The position numbers were made by a program, and so were the translations under genes. A stretch of DNA of 64,000 bases, taken from contig JBEQLE010000007.1 in NCBI GenBank assembly GCA_040326155.1, positions 1 to 64,000 on the forward strand, in the 5' to 3' direction. This document shows positions 63,401-64,000 of the stretch, piece by piece. The stretch's first letter is position 1. Each line of letters begins with the position of its first letter. Source of the DNA: Leptospirales bacterium (lineage in GTDB: Bacteria; Spirochaetota; Leptospiria; Turneriellales; JAOUFE01). The notes beneath the pieces were generated by a model. The model was not told the origin of the DNA, searched no databases, and saw only the letters and a program-made list of their open reading frames with translations.

Positions 63401-64000
63401 ATGATTGTTTGCACCATCCAAAACTTTCGGTGCCGTCTTGTTATAATCAATAATGATGCCATCATTGTTCACCACAATCATAGCCAAAGGAGCATTCTGA
63501 AAAATGCTCTGAAAATAAGTAAAAGAATCCAGTGTTTGCAAAGCTTCTTTTGGTTTCATTCTTTGGGCGTAGTCCATGGAAATAAAGCGACTTCGAATAA
63601 CACCATTAGTATCAATAATAAAAGTGGCAGGCACCGGAAGGTTCCAACTATGATCCGCATTTTGTTTCGCCAGATCGACCTTAAATTTTTCTTGATAAAT
63701 CTGCTTAAGCTCAGGAGTAAAGGTGAATTGAATTTTATAATCTTGAATTACTTTTTGTTCAGGATCGCTTAAAACTTCAAAATGCAAATCCATTTGCGTT
63801 GCCAGTTTTCTTGCATGTGCAACATCCTGGGGGCTAATGGCAACGAGAGTGCCACCGGAGGCGGAAATTTCATTTTGTATGGCGTGGTAGCCTTCCAGTT
63901 CTTCGGAACAATACTCGCACCAATCCCCCCGAAAAAACGATAAAATAACCGGTCCCTTTTTTAAAAAGTCATGCAGGCATACTTCTTTGTTATTGGAGTT
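60464..64000 (-). CDS. Hybrid sensor kinase: peroxiredoxin-like (AhpC/TSA) domain - 4 PAS - HisKA - HATPase - REC (5' end beyond window)
   Basis: Frame open from 64000 (NSNNKEVCLHDFLKKGPVILSFFRGDWCEYC...VAISPQ) into the listed ORF; LPVPATFIID; FLSNMSHEIRTPMNAI; GGTGLGL; LILMDMKMP. Confidence 0.88.
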   Translation of the reverse strand, partial: NSNNKEVCLHDFLKKGPVILSFFRGDWCEYCSEELEGYHAIQNEISASGGTLVAISPQDVAHARKLATQMDLHFEVLSDPEQKVIQDYKIQFTFTPELKQIYQEKFKVDLAKQNADHSWNLPVPATFIIDTNGVIRSRFISMDYAQRMKPKEALQTLDSFTYFQSIFQNAPLAMIVVNNDGIIIDYNKTAPKVLDGANNHSLIGISAIDHLKETESGTVMAELIVNIISGKESSGKYTGDFCPLPNHQQFVNFSVNEFVIKGIKMGAVCIFDDITKQEQQKQELENSLQKLAEQENKYSTLIEKSKDTILILQDGKVLFVNDSASQLLGYRKEQLLESEFMQYVADSSRELVAKRYADRMSGKKVPSIYQLDFKNNNGDSIPVEVNASIIDLKGLPADMVMIRDLTERKKVEKELEESRHSLARAQEIANMGDWTWDMRTNSSTWSDQMYRLFGLTVGETPPDNEAYQKFVHPDDVQAHVKSFEESYKIHGQNDAEYRIIAADGELKYVHSLSEFEQDDKGKNVRMHGVTIDMTKQALQKIELEKSLKKIADQEMKYRGIVETMNEGVVTLDENGLYTYVNQKGLEMLGYTVEEMIGKPSSTHWENLEDRKRFDGAIQMAKTGVRLPDIINENHFIRKDKSIMVARNSARFLYDDNDNFLGMVAVITDIEALKKTQEQLEHAKQQAEAANQTKSEFLSNMSHEIRTPMNAILGFTEILGGMVKDETIKEYVSSIASSGKTLLHLINDILDLSKVEAGKLNVQKEPVNLEQIFLDIKQVFLQKMLEKTLAFEIDIDENLPGNVILDETRVRQVLLNLIGNAMKFTEDGYIKIMVSQQGNITKKEKKKYIDLLIRVEDTGIGIPDNQQKLIFNAFVQNEGQNNKEYGGTGLGLAITTRLVNLMGGEINLQSTLGKGSTFSVTLHDVEISDASVIENTKPPINYSSITFEKATVLVADDIKSNRDLIKGYLQETNLILIEVENGQQAWEAATNEKPNLILMDMKMPVMNGYNATLKIKEDKNTHSIPIVAVTASTIVPSSSDINKVTDDSLHKPFTRDQLFHTLMKYLPYKESDSEPEESADVVESTFEISIETKKMLPKLIEQMEGDFYNQWKSLSDGIIINDIKKFATDIMETSEKYEYPSIQGWAQKLLKHASMYDTEGINITLRKFPDEIAIMKKYL

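Overview
Bacterial chromosomal window, most likely a Leptospirales-like spirochaete. This is inferred from spirochaete-style lipoboxes, an ArgS with NIVS in place of HIGH, a PTPS-III, a tandem-cNMP Crp protein and many class III cyclases. There are three zones. (1) 1-21.7 kb: a giant kinase/NTPase/GAF/adenylate cyclase, then a candidate specialised-metabolite locus. The locus encodes a VioB/RebD-like protein lacking the ferritin-like domain, a monoheme cytochrome c lipoprotein, a DedA/VTT protein, a group A flavin monooxygenase, a full eboA-F set split into two convergent operons and a LolA-like protein. A decayed 1.4 kb insert bounded by a 57-bp duplication of the eboF 3' end interrupts it. 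(2) 21.8-42.9 kb: mostly housekeeping (purA, ABC transporter, aminotransferase, TusA, pfkA, clpSA, PTPS-III, argS, DciA-gyrB, TetR-SDR, Rrf2-TauE), plus a dispersed intergenic repeat whose hairpin shows compensatory changes. (3) 42.9-64 kb: a signalling-rich accessory region with many deletion-eroded pseudogenes, a second giant kinase/cyclase and a hybrid histidine kinase with an in-frame N-terminal peroxiredoxin-like CxxC domain that runs off the window edge. No rRNA, tRNA, CRISPR array, integrase, transposase or reverse transcriptase was recognised. All family calls are from motif recognition by eye, not database searches.
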